Below are positions 13,724-27,869 of a stretch of DNA of 64,000 nt, piece by piece; position 1 is the stretch's first letter, and every line of letters begins with the position of its first letter. Origin of the DNA: Tubiluchus corallicola (taxonomy: Eukaryota > Animalia > Priapulida); NCBI GenBank assembly GCA_030141605.1, contig JAQGDQ010000031.1, positions 682,001 through 746,000 on the forward strand, read 5' to 3'. The notes beneath the pieces were generated by a model, which ran no database searches, had not been told where the DNA came from, and was given only the letters and a program-made list of their open reading frames with translations. The translations under genes and the position numbers were made by a program.

Positions 13724-13854
13724 TTACTAAATAAATGCAGTGATGAAATTTACAACAGCCTCTGTCTAGCCATTTTTGTGAATACAGTAGTAATATCGTT
13801 GGCTAAAGTTTACAATTCCCCACACACAAGAAATTAGTTCGTTAAGCGGATTAA

Positions 13855-13905
13855 AATTAGGGTTAGGATTAGGATTAGGGCTGGGTTAGGACGAGGGTTT
13901 AGGGT
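13855..13905. repeat. degenerate (TTAGGG)-like repeats
   Basis: ttagggttaggattaggattagggctgggttagg. Confidence 0.6.
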
Positions 13906-14694
13906 ATTCGAACCGTATGGAAAATTGTAAAATCCTTGCATATCGTTTTCTGCCACATATATGTATAGTATGTACATATGCCTTAAGTTCATTTACGTTA
14001 TTGTTATGTTAGTGTGTTACGGTTTAATTAAACAACGGAATTAGAACGGATGATTTTTTTTTAGCAGGAAGCTAAGATTAAACGGTATTAAATCGTATTT
14101 TCGGAGTTGCCAGATAACACAGCTGAGACGATACAGCATAGATGACATTTATTAAACGTCTTAGAGCACCATTTCTGCATTTTGCTTTAATAGGTTTATA
14201 GGTGCGTTTGCTCCTAATTATTTTGCCTTTCTATAGCGTCCTAATCAGCTTCAAAGCATTTCAAGTGCAAGCATGGCGTAAATAATTCAGTAGATAAATC
14301 ACAATTTTACGCCAAACGTTCTTTTGGGAAGGCTGTTTGTGGAGAAAAGGGGAAAAGGGGAGTTACGGTCCTCTGTCTAGTAAAATAAGTATGCTCTAAA
14401 TTAAATAAGTAGATCATTAATTTACACATTACCCTGCTTAACCAAGATCGTATGTAGCTAATTAAAGGTGTGCAGGATGATTTTAGACATAAACTGTAAC
14501 CATGTTCACGGGAGAAACTTGAAAATTATTTTTTACTTTAAACTTTACTTCAATTCGTAAAAGTTAAAGGACAAGAAAACAGAATTCTTACACAAAAGCT
14601 ACAAAAATCGTCTGTGACCTAGATGATGTCTTATTACGCGCAGAGCTTGTATTAGTACCAATGCTGTATCAAACTTCAGCATTTAATTTAAGTT

Positions 14695-15476
14695 AGGACT
14701 CCATGTGTGCGTAACGCGTGATTCATGATCAGTAATCCTAGATGCTGTCTTATTGCGCGCAGAGCATGTATTAGTACTAATGCGATGATTCCATGTAGGA
14801 CCCCATGTGTGCGTAACGCGTGGTTCATGTTCAGTAATCCTAGATGCGTATTGACTGTTTCAGTGTGTTGTAAATTCTATGCGTGTTAGCAAAGCTCCCA
14901 ACGCTCTTTCCGCCATGTTTGGGTGCCATGCGTAAAAATAGGAAGTAATTTTTGGAAGCCACATCCCTGGGGAGGATTTCAGCGCGAGAATGACCAAGAA
15001 ATAATAACGGCGATGGCATTAACTAGACGGAGAAATTCAAAAGACAGCAAAGGTTTGGGTGCATAACATTTTACAGTGGAGAGAACAATACGGTGTGTAT
15101 CTCCGCTTAGAGAAAGAACTGCAACTAGATGCAGAACAATATAATTATAAGCTTCTACCTCCCAAAAACTCAAGTGGAAGAAACTTTAATGTGCGTAGGT
15201 CCTTAAGTGACCAAAATCCACCTGACTAGGAAGCCATTCAGCGAAAATGATCACCAGAAACGTGAAATCTCGCTAAATCACCTAGGCAACAGGTGCTTCC
15301 TTTCAGCGTATTGCTGCGCGATGCGTATATTGACGATAGCGATTACGTTCGAGTGAACACGAACCACGTATCACGCATTAGGTGCGCATGAAAACACTTT
15401 CACGTATATAAATACAAACTGTTGTATACGCATCACTTGTACATGCAATCCTATCTTTACGCGTACATGGAATCCT
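14695..15476 (+). mobile_element. PIF/Harbinger transposon relic
   Basis: Inverted ends aggactccatgtgtgcgta (14695; duplicated at 14797) and tacgcgtacatggaatcct (15458-15476). 15041-15150 translates KVWVHNILQWREQYGVYLRLEKELQLD, resembling the N-terminus of Harbinger transposases. Confidence 0.6.
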
Positions 15477-17195
15477 ATCTAAAAACTCCCGGGCTGATCG
15501 CTAAGCTCTGCCATTTTAACAGTAAGTGATTTGAAACAAACAAATTTAAATCATAACCTTGCGTAAATTTCAGAAAAACAATCAGAGAATTCGTAACGCA
15601 CTTCACTAATTTAGCAAAAGTACAATTTACTTTATCTGTCAGTAAGATTAATATTGTATTTTTGGTTCAGCCAGTGGCGTTTTATCAACTACCGCAAACG
15701 TTAAATTATTAAAAAATTTATTTTCAATTATATGTGCTTTTCAAACAGGTAAAACTTTTCTTGGTCTAGGTGAAATACTGTTAAATACACATTCAACTAA
15801 GAAGGTACTAAGAACTAAAGAAGGTATATTAAAAAATACAAAATCAAACTACATTGCAATACAAGGAATATTAATTATTAATTAAGTAGCAGAGATGGAA
15901 AGAATTATAACTAAAGAAAAGCATTTTTGTTATGTGAACACTATGTGACCGCTCATTTAATTGAAACTTTAACCTTCATCCTTCAATAAAACTCCCAGAA
16001 GTTATGGACAAACTTCGCTTCGAAGAATTCTGACCATTAGCAGATTGCAAGAGGCGAAAATGATTAATTTTCGTTGGCCTACAGATTCGTCCACTAATAC
16101 ATATGTAACAACGATGAACACCAAGACGAAACCAGTCAGTACGGTTTTAGAGAAACATTTTATTATAAATGTAACAAACATGGATAAGATGAGTATGAAG
16201 CATATAAGCAGACTAGATTCAGCACTGAAGTGCGCTCGTCGGCGCCAGGAACTGCACTGAAGTTTTGGCTCACGGCGCTGTTCAAGGCTGATTACCAGGA
16301 TGTGATAAACGCCATTGTTATGACAATCTAAGGATTGTTATGAGAAAATGCAATGGCGCCCGGTGACACATGCACAGTATTGTATATTTATCCTCTTATA
16401 CATACGCTGTATAAATATCCATATATGCAAGCATGATTTATATCTTAGTTGATTCAGGAGCAAAATTATTGTGAGCGTTAATAGCTTCGTAACTCAAATG
16501 ACGTAATACACAGTATTCATCAGGTTAAAATTTATTATATTTACGAATCTTAAAGGCTGGCAAACTCTCATTTTGCTTAGACGATGTCATGTTAAACAAA
16601 AGAGTGTTGCTGCTTTGAAAAACATGCACGCCATTGCAATAGAATTCTACAATAATAAATCACTGAACATTTATCATTATTTGCCCAGCTTGTTCGTGAT
16701 GGTGGTTTGTTCTTTGTATAGAAAATTTAATAACGTCTCGGCATGTGGAGAGTCACCTCGAAAACGATTTTTGTCACTGTCCACTTGTGAATAAACAGCA
16801 AACCAACTAGCTGTTTCTTGTGACAGATGCAAATCAGTAACAACGTCGGAAGTTATCCAATAACCAGGCAGCTATCATGCATACATGTATATAACAAAGA
16901 AGACAGAGCTGAACCAAATTAGTGCGTGAGTTTCAAGAAATTGTTAGAGAGAAAAGGAAAAATAAGAGCAATAAAAACAAAGACACTGCGAACATATAAG
17001 GAGAAATGATTATATTATTTTTTCTCTTTTCTGTACGTTAACCGTTAATGATTATATTAATAACGATTGATATATTTTTTTAATTCTCCGTAATAACGGT
17101 TTTTACTTTTCCAGCCCGTGCCATATTATGCTTTGTCATTCTAAATAGAGTAGTGAATTCCCATTAATTAAATACTTAATTAAATCTCTCGTAAA

Positions 17196-17460
<265 letters not shown>

Positions 17461-19823
17461 AAGAGGAGAGGGAGAAAGAGGGGGAGACAGAGAGGAAGAG
17501 GAATTAAATTAGTGGGCGAGTTATTCATGAAACGTCCTATGGTTTTCATCGGGAATTATTGTTCATCATTGTAATTAATTTGCTTTCAGATTGGTTTTTA
17601 GATATTGAAAATTCTAAATTAATTAATTCTGACTTGCCACAGTTCATACCTAAAATTCTGAAATTATTAATATTCATACATTTCGCCCAGTGTTAAGTTG
17701 TCATTTTTCCACATTAATCCGCGAGTGATAATTATTGCCTCGAAGTTTTTCACAAACCTGTGATAATTGTCTGCGTTTTTCCATTTGTTGGCTTCTCATA
17801 ATTTTAGTGTTTCGCCAATTTCTGGGTTAATATGATACTAGTTATCCAGTTTCGTAATTTTCGCATATTCATAAATAATTACCTGCAATTATGATCTGGT
17901 TTTCATTTCTATAGACACACAAGAACCAACCCAGAATCTGTAGTACTTAGTGTAGTGCTCAGTCAGTGTTAGAAACAAGTTGCAAAATTGGCCAAAAAAT
18001 CAAAATAAATAACTACTGCGATTAAACAACGTGTTTGCGAGTATTTTTCCGGTTTACGGTTTTTTATTGATCTGTTTGAAGGCAGCTTTTGTTTTTAGAC
18101 ATGCACGCCACATTATTAATAGATTTCTTCCAGGTTTAAAACTGTGTTATTCACAGTTTTACCTGGCGAATTTCACCAGGTACATTATAATCTTAGGCAT
18201 CTGTTTCTGTACTTATACTAGTACCAAGCTAGAATTTTTGGCACCTCAACGGGAAAGTAATCCAGAGGATACTAAAATTCTTTGAAAACGAACATCGGTC
18301 TCTGATAGACATAGTTTGTTAGCAACAGAAAACATTGCACTGATAATATAAAGCGCAATAAGAATAACAGGCTTTCGTGATTCGTATGTTTTTAGACTTT
18401 TCAGCCAAAATAATTGTAGATATCTTGTTGATTCGGACAAGGCAATCTATTATTCCTTACTCATCAACTAGAAACCGTAGGCGGTCCACGGAGTTTTAAA
18501 ATTAATTTAGAAGGAAAATGGGGTGCAGTCAGCGTACAGCAATGTAGTATAAATGAAATTACTTGTTGCTCGCCTAAGAAAGTAACATCCCATTAATTAT
18601 TAGCCTGCAATTTTACAATACGTTTGTATAGTACACGAATAACACGAAAGTATGGGGCCGGCGTGTATCATTCTATGAAATTTTTTTAATCTATCTTGTC
18701 TTTGGTTCAATCCTACATCAGCAAGATGCCCCTTTTGATTAATATCTTTCTAATTCGAAATTCAAGAAAATCGATTGAATGAGAGGCAGTCGTCATTAAC
18801 TTGCTCTACAAATCATTAGGTCTTTCCTGTTTCTCCCGTAACAAAAAATCTATTGTTTCCAATACTGCGTAGGTAAAAGAAAAGTAAATTATTTGTTTAA
18901 TAAAAAGTAAAAAGCTGAACTAATTTACTTCCTCTCGTTTTAGCAGGCTATAAAATAAACTAGGTGTTGAAATGGTTCGGTGGTTAGTATTTCGGGCTGA
19001 GTTTGGGATTTTGTTTTGGCATATTGATGTAAACCTTCAAATTGCGACGAATTTGCGAATCTTTAGATTTAGTGTTACAGTTTGTAGAGCTGACAAACTT
19101 CTAACTTCGTTTAAAAACACATTTATTAAAGCTGATATAAAAAAACAAGTAGCTTTTAACAAAATAAAGCAACAAATTTCCTCGCCATAACTCTGGCGTT
19201 CTGGTAATCTGCACACTCTTTTTTTTGCTCTCCTCTGCTCCGTCTTCCTAATTTGCCCAACTAGTTCACTAATCAAGCCATATTATATCTATGACTCAAG
19301 TACAGCTTAGTCAAGCGCAACATTAGAACTGGCAGTTTTGCTGCTTTTGCATATACCACAGTCCAGAAATACCTATTCAAAGTACACGTCAGATCGATGT
19401 TTAAAAGAACAGTCTCATTAAAGCAATGAAACCGATACTGCTCTAGTAATGAAAATTGTGTGACACAATTTCTTGAAAAAAGGCTTTACGAAATTTGCAC
19501 GAAAATCTCGCGGATTTGCAGTTTTCCCGCTTAGACAGCTTTAAATCTTGTTTATTTTGACGAGTGCATTTTCTCATTTGGCGCAGCATGAGTTTCGCTA
19601 ACTTTGGTGATTGCTGCACTATAAACAGCGACCTCAATCTCCAATAAACGGCGCTGACTATAAAAATTGACTGATGTGTTGCTGGCAGCACTCCAGGGTT
19701 AACAAATCTGCACTTGACTTCTCGGCAATTATTTTACAGTGAGAGTCATTGTTTGAGTTGTCGAGAAGTTAAGCACTTAGTAGGTGAAAGGAATGAAAGC
19801 TGTACGCCGTTTAGAATCCATTC

Positions 19824-20200
19824 CATTGTTTCTTTGCAATTACACCACCACCAGCAACTGTAAATTTTTTATAGTTTGCTTTAACGACCAAAACTTTAAC
19901 AAATAATTGACGTTTATATTGTATATTAAAAAGATTTCTTACTTTGTCTTCACTCATTTTATGCATGCATATATCCACACTTTTATTTTAATCGTTCTTA
20001 TTTTATTCGAAACTACTATTTACCCCATTGTTTGCTTTCCATTACACCATCACGAGCAGCTGTAGATTTTTATTATTTGTTTTAACGACCCAGAACTTTA
20101 ACAAATATTTCGTGTTTGTACCATATAATTAAAAGATTTCTTACTTTATCTTCACCTATTTTATACATTAAAATATCCATATTCTTATTTTATTCGCTTT
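19824..20200. repeat. diverged ~200-bp tandem duplication
   Basis: Blocks ccattgttt..attacacca..ctgta..tttaacgacc..aactttaacaaata..aaagatttcttacttt recur at ~19824 and ~20024. Confidence 0.8.
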
Positions 20201-21951
20201 TGTGTTGCTGTTTATTTTAAAATTAGAGAAAAACATCCTTTCCAGCCCATCGCAAAACTCGCTGTAGATGAATTTTTCGAGACGCTGGCAATATGAGATT
20301 CAATCAGCATCATTTGTGTGTGAATTTCAAGGAACGTTTTAGCGTTGTTAAGTTTTATAGGCTTTGAGCAAAGAAAAACTCAAGGGCAAAACAAATGACG
20401 TTCTAATGCAGCAACTAGGAGTAATTAGGAGACGGTTGAAAGGAAAGGTCTGCACGGCTGTAAAGAAATAACTGAAATAGTGCACAATTTTGCTGAATTC
20501 TATAGTTAATTACGATCTAAAAGTAATCGCATCTAGGCCCGCGCGTGCGATTAGCGATTATTTAACTATCGTCTTTTCTTTGACGTGTGTGTAAGGCTAA
20601 CGCATCCGCGTGTGTAGACTGTCGAGCACTCAATCGTCAGTGTCATTCAAAAATTATGAGGAAAATCGTGGCCGATATTAAAATTGAATCTTGATAACCC
20701 AGTAAGAGAGCATATTTTTGTCGTTAGCTCTCCATATCATTCAACTGTTTTGTATTTTGGTTGATATTGCAATAGAGAATAGATTTTCAACTCCGTAATG
20801 TGTCTTACATAGTACAAGATTTCTATTTGTCACACTGTTCCAGTGCAATTCCAAACGTTTTTCTGATATTATTTACATAAAAATCGATACGTTTGACTCG
20901 ACTTTAAAGGTGAAGTGCATTTAGATGTACACAAATACTTTACTATACGTTAAGCCCTTTAGCTTATTTCTTTTGTAAAATTAAAGATTCCAAAGTTAAA
21001 TCCTTCATTGCTCATGATTGCTGGTCTTGGTTTGTACACGGAGTGAGGTGAGGTGAACCTACAAATGCACTGTGCCTAGATCGGCAAGGTCATTCAATAA
21101 TAGTGAAGGTAGTGATGATGATGTTGATGATGGCTGCGGCGGCAGTGGCAGTGGTCGTAGTGATAATGATGTTGAAAATGATGATGATGATGCTGTCTCT
21201 GTCTGCATGCATAACTAATTATGTGAAAACAATTTGCATATTAATAGTAAATACAGATTTGTCATCATCTCATCACATCGCTAGACTGTAAATGGTCTTG
21301 AAACTCTTAGAAATGTACATGTGCATGTACGTTTTAGGGGTCTCTGCACTACATTAATTTTTGGGGCCACGTTTTAACGAATATATGTTCATTAGGTCCC
21401 TGATTATTCATGGTGAAAGTGAGTGACGCAGTGAACAGACAAATTTCGGTAAATTCCACTTTTTGCAGTGGTCTGTTACTCTAATGGCCAGCCACAATAA
21501 ACCACAATAATACTTTGCTTTGTTAGTGATGATATAAATGATTTGCAATAGTGGCTTGAGTGAATTAACTTTCAAAGATAATGGCATCGAGATAGCGCTG
21601 TGATTAATCAAAGAGAAAGTGATTACGCTTTTAATGGTCAGATCTGATACTAGCCGCCTTTTATAACTGTGTTAATGCGTTAGCGTTTTCAATGATGACT
21701 TACTTGAAAGCAAGTATTTACCTATCAAATGTACTTTCATAATACGTGCTTTGATTACGGTGATTTGGCTTCCTAGGACCCATCCTTGTCTCTAATACTT
21801 ATTAGATGCTGAGTTTGATAACCTGCTTTTGTGATTTTCATCAGTTTAGCTGCTTCGCCTTACACTAGCAAATATCCCTTGCATTGGTATTAGAGAAAAA
21901 AATGATGTTTCATCATACGACACGATATTTGTATCGCTTACATACCAGACT

Positions 21952-22190
21952 GTGGGACTTGAGAAACGCACCAGCATAAAAGACCTTGTTCTGGATTGGT
22001 TTAAATGTTACCTTGGTAATCGTACACAGTGTGTGCGCAGTAACAAAGTTACATCTTCAAAAATTGGTGTCCAATCTGGAGCCCCACAGGGCTCAGTGCT
22101 TGTCTCAATTTATATACTGTACTACACGTGGTCCCTGTTGATATAATTCGCAGGCACGGCTAGATTATCCTTTCTGGGCAGCCGATTCAC
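21952..22190 (+). pseudogene. non-LTR retrotransposon (CR1/L2-type) reverse transcriptase fragment
   Basis: LDWFKCYLGNRTQCV...SGAPQGSVL matches the W..SYL..R.Q.V...GVPQGSVLGP RT motif. The frame is then disrupted. Confidence 0.8.
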
Positions 22191-25100
22191 ATCTTTCAGA
22201 CACCTCTAATCTGTCTAGTTTTTAATAGTGGGAGGTTTGTTTTCCGAAGTTTCACTTATTTGTTTTCGTTACAGAAACAGTGCATTACGTTCCCATTTTC
22301 TTAAATCGCAAAATTACGAAAACGCACTTGCAATTTCTTGCACTGATTAGACAAAATTACGTGATCAAGTAACATCGAATACATGTCGGAAATGGTGCTG
22401 GCAGTGTCTGTTTTTTGCTGAATTACTGCTGTGTTTACCTGTCTTGCAGACAGATTTCTTTTATTTGAATTCTGCTTACTCATTGTCTACATCAGACGTG
22501 ATAGGCTTATGATGAGACAAATTTACGTATGGGTATTTCTATGCGCATGCGTGGCGTTTAAATCTATAGCCACATACTCTGATTGGACAGATCTGCTTTT
22601 ATTTTATTGTAGTCAATGTCCCTTGCAATTTCTTTTGCCCTGATTGGTCAAAGAAGTATGCGTCACAAACTGGTGACGTGCAAAGTTCACATTTTTGTTT
22701 AAACGTATATCTGACATAAATAATGTACAAGCAGTACGTCATTCCACAACATGTTACGTACGTGTTGTAATTCTACCTCAAAGAGAGCAACTCTACTTAC
22801 ATTCTTAACGTTCTGTGACCTACAAATTACATACACGTGTAACGTTACCTGGCTACCTACCATTAAATTTCTTGCAAGAAGATATTTGCTTTAGAAAATT
22901 ACAGGGTTTTTGTCGTGTTCAATTTATACTGGCCGCGCTGCTACGATAGAGAGCTGCTTGGAGTTTTGCAACAAAAGTGAATGCTTTTGAGTTTCGAGAA
23001 AAACCCGATACATTCAAACTTGTCAATGTCACCTTTCTTGAGCACTTGTAGATCCAGAGGCGCAGTGAGGAAGAGGTTCCTTTCTCAGGGTTCGTTCTCT
23101 TAAAAGTTCATTTCCTTATATTCCCTGTATAACGAAACACAGTAGTCAAGATGCCCTTTAGACATTCTGGGAGGTTCTTTCGGATCTCTTTGTGATTCCA
23201 TCCCTTGACGTCTTGAATTTTGGAGCCGCCCCTTGTATCAGTATAGCTTGCCGTTTAAATTTAATTGTACTCCAGAAAATTCCCAAAGATTCTCTACACA
23301 TTGTATTTAAAACACTTTATTCCCATGAAATATTGCCAGGATAAACACTTAATTCCCCACTAACGTTTTATGGGTTGTGGAAAGTAGGAAATTTGGGATG
23401 ACGAATCGTTTTTCACGTTTCCTAGTGACTAGTAGGCGGTTTTTATACGAAATTTACCAACACATCAATAAAAAATAAATAACTATTAACAATAACAACA
23501 AATTATAGAGTTTCTATACTCTTAAGATAGCAAGAAGGACATTAATTTGTTAAATATCGGACAATAAATGACGATTTTTTTCGATTATGCTGCACGCTAG
23601 TCGTAAGTCATATATTACTTTAACTAATTTTTTCACACAACACATTTACAACAATCTTCATGTATAACAATACTGTGAGTAGGCCTAAAATCATCATAAT
23701 TTTTACTGGTTTAAAATAGAAAATGTCTCTTAATATTAGCTATGCACATGTTCAAATTAAGATACCTGGCTGTTTTGCCACTACTGTAAGGATGGATACT
23801 GTTATAAACTTTTAATAGTTAATGTTATTTACTCAAAATTAGATTTTTTTAGCATTTTTTAAAGTCTAGTTAATAGATTCGCTATTTATCGTAGATTTGC
23901 AAATCTCATGCCAGGTCATTGAAATGTTGTAAAATGTTTAGTTATTTTGGTACTACGGTAAGGCACAATGTAATGATTATATCTTGCTTTATGTCTTTTA
24001 GATGCTAATTTATTGTGAAGTAACAACGACCTGCAATATTTTTGTTTATTATATATTCGCAAATTAAATATTCAACAAATTATCTCATATTTTTCATGAC
24101 TGGTGATGGCTGCTAGTGTGAAGCAGAAACGTTGTTGCTCTTTATTAGAAAAGTGATGAAAAATTCATTGGTTACCTGAGATACTTAACAAATCAATAAC
24201 AACGAATTGTTTCCGTGTGTATTTGTTTTGAGAAAATCAATCGTTATTTTCAACTGCAGGCAGTAACTACTAGATTTTTCTTCTGTTTCTTCCTCCCACT
24301 CCTCCTCCAAGGATAGAATAATCCAGTTCGTTCAGCACTTAGTTAATATGTCACGATGTTTTATTATCACAATTCATACGAATTTTCCTGTAATGCATTC
24401 TGTGTAAGTTTAACTAAAGTTCTACAATTTTACTGTAAAAATTTTGAATGTGAAGTAAGTGCATAGTTTGTTCAGCTAAAAACTTGAACTGCAATACTTA
24501 CTCGCACATTAAATGCAAAAATGCTTCATTTGCACAAAGTAGCATAAAATGCAGGTTTCAAAATCGGTTATGAAGCATTGGGAACCAATGAGCCGAAGGT
24601 TGCACTGAAATAAGTTCAACATTTTTTTATTTTAGGAGTGTCGTAATTGTTGTGTATGACCTAATGAATAAACAAATAAACGAATGAACCAAGCAACCAT
24701 TCCACCACCCAGCCGTATCCAACACATCAGTCAACTATCCAAACGACCAACTAACCAAGGAATCAGTCAACAACCGACCGACCGACTGACCGACCAACCA
24801 GCTAACAAAACTAAACAAATAAATATCATTGAAAGCATTACTACCCAATCTTACTTCACGCGTTATTGTTCGTGACTTTAGTTTTTAGCCCTGCAGCTAA
24901 AGGGTGCTTCAGTTTTCAGCTTACCTACTGTGTTCATAAAATTATGATTCTTAAGAAGACGCCTTTTCGTGAGCACCACGACACACACAGGTAATTAGCT
25001 GTACATAAATAAAAGATTGATTCGGGAAAGATCAAACGATCGTCTGACGATATGTTATGCTTGGTAAGCGACTGAAGAAGCCAATTATTCTGCTGCTGCT

Positions 25101-26989
25101 TGTCTAGATTGTTTGTATCACGGGCTTCATGTGGCTGGCGGCGGCGGCGGCGTGTGGGAAAGTCATTGAACACTGTTGAACTTTTTTGCCCGCAAACAAT
25201 GTGAAATTTTGCTTGATTTTAACAGCTTTCTAGGAGAAGTGCGCATAAGCAGAATCTTTTTGATCTACCCACGTTTTTTATTATTTATTTATGATTTTTG
25301 TTATTTGTGTTTTTTTTTGTTTCTTTAATAACTCGCACGCGAACAGAGTTAGGTTAACGAAACTCACATAGCACACCCCCGATGAAGAGGTGTTAAGTTT
25401 ATATGTGACCCGTCATCCCCGGGGCAAAGGTCACGGGGCAGGCGGGGCTTCATGTTTTTCGTTAGGGTTGATCTTCTCCTACAGTTTTTAAGCTAGGGCT
25501 ACAATAGCTGAGATAGCTGAGTATGCGAGGTTCAGATAGCTAAATATGTAAAGTTTGGGAAAAATTTCCGGTAGGGTACAAAACCCAAAAGCGAACCCAA
25601 ACACAAATCTTCATCGCGGTGGGGGGAGGGCTTGTACAATAGTATATCAAATAAAAGGTCTCGTTGAGACGATTTGATTTGTATGATTTACGCCCAGGTT
25701 GATTGACCCTTGACCCTGCCAAGGCGAAAAACCAAAATTGAATAGTACGAGTTGTGCAAAAATTGTGTGCCTGTTTCTTGATTCTGTTAGGAGGTGAAAA
25801 CCGAAACTGGGGAGTCTGGGAGACGAATATTTTTTAGTCTTAAGCAACAGCAGGTTGTACTACTTAAATGAAAGGCCTCAACAAAACGTATCACATGATG
25901 TACATTGACACGCACTTGATTGACCTTTGACCCACGGGTCACTGATGAAAAAGTGACAAATCCTAATTTCATTGAAGTTATTAATATCAAGCAAAACTTA
26001 GTTACGAATATACAGTTACATATTATTAAAAACATCTTCATTTGTAAATACGAAACAAAAGCCGTCACTTAAAGCCTTTAGACTTCAGAGGTTAGTAGAT
26101 TTTATTACATTGTTGTCCACAGCAGTCGCAACCTTTAAGTGGCGTTTGCGGAATGCGTACGCGATATGCGTTATACGCCTGCGAATACCTGCGGAGAAAA
26201 CAACGCATAACGGTGCATTGAAAACAATATAAACCGATTTTATCTAGTCCGCTCCTCCTTGATGCTAGGTAAATACCATTTTAATTTATCCTGCGGATGA
26301 TAGAAAAGTGCGCCTCTGCGTAATGCGCATAGTAATAACCGCACAGCCTGTCGAATTTATTTATATACTTCGAGATATGAGGCTATGTTTGGGTTTTGTA
26401 TTATTGTAGTTCTTATATTATTTTAATTAATTTTGTGTGATAGCTAATGTCTCGAGTGCTGACATGCTGTTTTTGCATAATCATATTTTAGTTTCGATAG
26501 CCTGTAGGTCTTTACAACCTTTATAAGTTCTTTAAGAGCAAATTGGCGATGGTTATCAAAGCAATTGAAATGGCCCTCCAGGTAATATCGTAATAAGCCC
26601 AATGTTTACCAAATAATTTGTTTGCTTTAGGCAACATCTATTGACAAATACGTGTAAGACGAAATGTGCAGTTTTAATAACACATCGTTGTGGAATTCGT
26701 CTTTGCAGACATTGATCAACCGACTATGATCGACAAAACTCACATCCTGATTATTCTGTAGAAGAAAATTATATTCTCCAATTTTGTATCAATATAATTC
26801 TGTTTAAAATAAAATCCAATCTGAGGAGGCATTTCCTTCAAACGTCGATATTTATTATTGAAAATCTCGAGTGTCACACCCGCTTCTGCTTTTGAAGGAT
26901 TAAACGACAATTTGTAGTCTGCATTGTGATTTATTATCGATATCAGATTTGTTAAGTGTAGCCAACTGATTTATTTGACATAGGATGGA

Positions 26990-27330
26990 CTAGAAGTCCT
27001 CTAACGGGAGTTTTAAAGATAAGATGGCCGTACATAATCAAAAATGAAGATTTTATACACTAGAACTAAAGAAATTCCTTGGAGTTTAAAAGTCAAGTTC
27101 GGAAGAATAAGATGGCTAGGACATCTTCTATGATTACCAAATGAAGCACTAGTAAGAATCGCTTTAAAGGAAGCCTTAAAACCTTGCAAAAAACCACCTG
27201 GCCAACCAGAACCAACTTTGATAGCTGAGATAAATATTGATGTTCAACAACTTCAACCAAATCTAGCTTTAAGAGTAGAAGAACTTACGCTGTCAGCAGC
27301 AGATAAGAGTGGGTGGAATGCTGTAATAAA
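26990..27330 (+). pseudogene. RTE-type LINE ORF C-terminal fragment
   Basis: With one frameshift and a stop it reads LKIRWPYIIKNED..RTKEIPWSLKVKFGRIRWLGHLL*LP...KKPPGQP, typical of the post-RT region of RTE-clade LINEs. Confidence 0.7.
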
Positions 27331-27869
27331 TTTTAATACCTCAATGTCTACAACATACGGAATGAGATTTTGAAGAAATGGATGAACTAGGATGATCGAG
27401 CATGGAAACAACCCATATCGTAACTTTGTATGGAGCCGCCTTCAGTGCACGTGCATGTTAATACTTTTTTTGAATGTCTGCGACAGTTAATTCACCATTA
27501 TTAGAGAAAAAACAGACGCTTGCTAAAATTTTTGTAAACAAGCCACTCAATTTGTAAGGCTATGACAACTTGAAAGTGGTTTCCTAGTTTTGATTAGCAG
27601 TTTGGGGAATTCATTAGAATTTTTTAGCAGAACCGGAACAAACGTGTCTGAAATAATTGGCATGGAGATAATTATTTTCTCACATTTACTGACAGACTTC
27701 TGTCTGGCACATGTTAATTGGGTCTTTCGGGTGTGATTTGGGGGAATTTGTGCTTAGCCGCTTATTAAAGACGTGAAATTTCCTTGTAAGGTAAACATGT
27801 AAACAATGGGTACTTTTAACTAGATTTTCATTAATACTGGAGAAGGAAAATCGCGAGAATACCTTTTTA

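Noticed and set aside
13293-13734. Cluster of ORFs suggesting a GC-rich host exon
   Set aside because: Bounded by a TSD and carries an RTE terminus, so it is a retroelement.
16318-16345. SECIS element (ATGA...TGA)
   Set aside because: The helix between the motifs is too short and no selenoprotein CDS is nearby.
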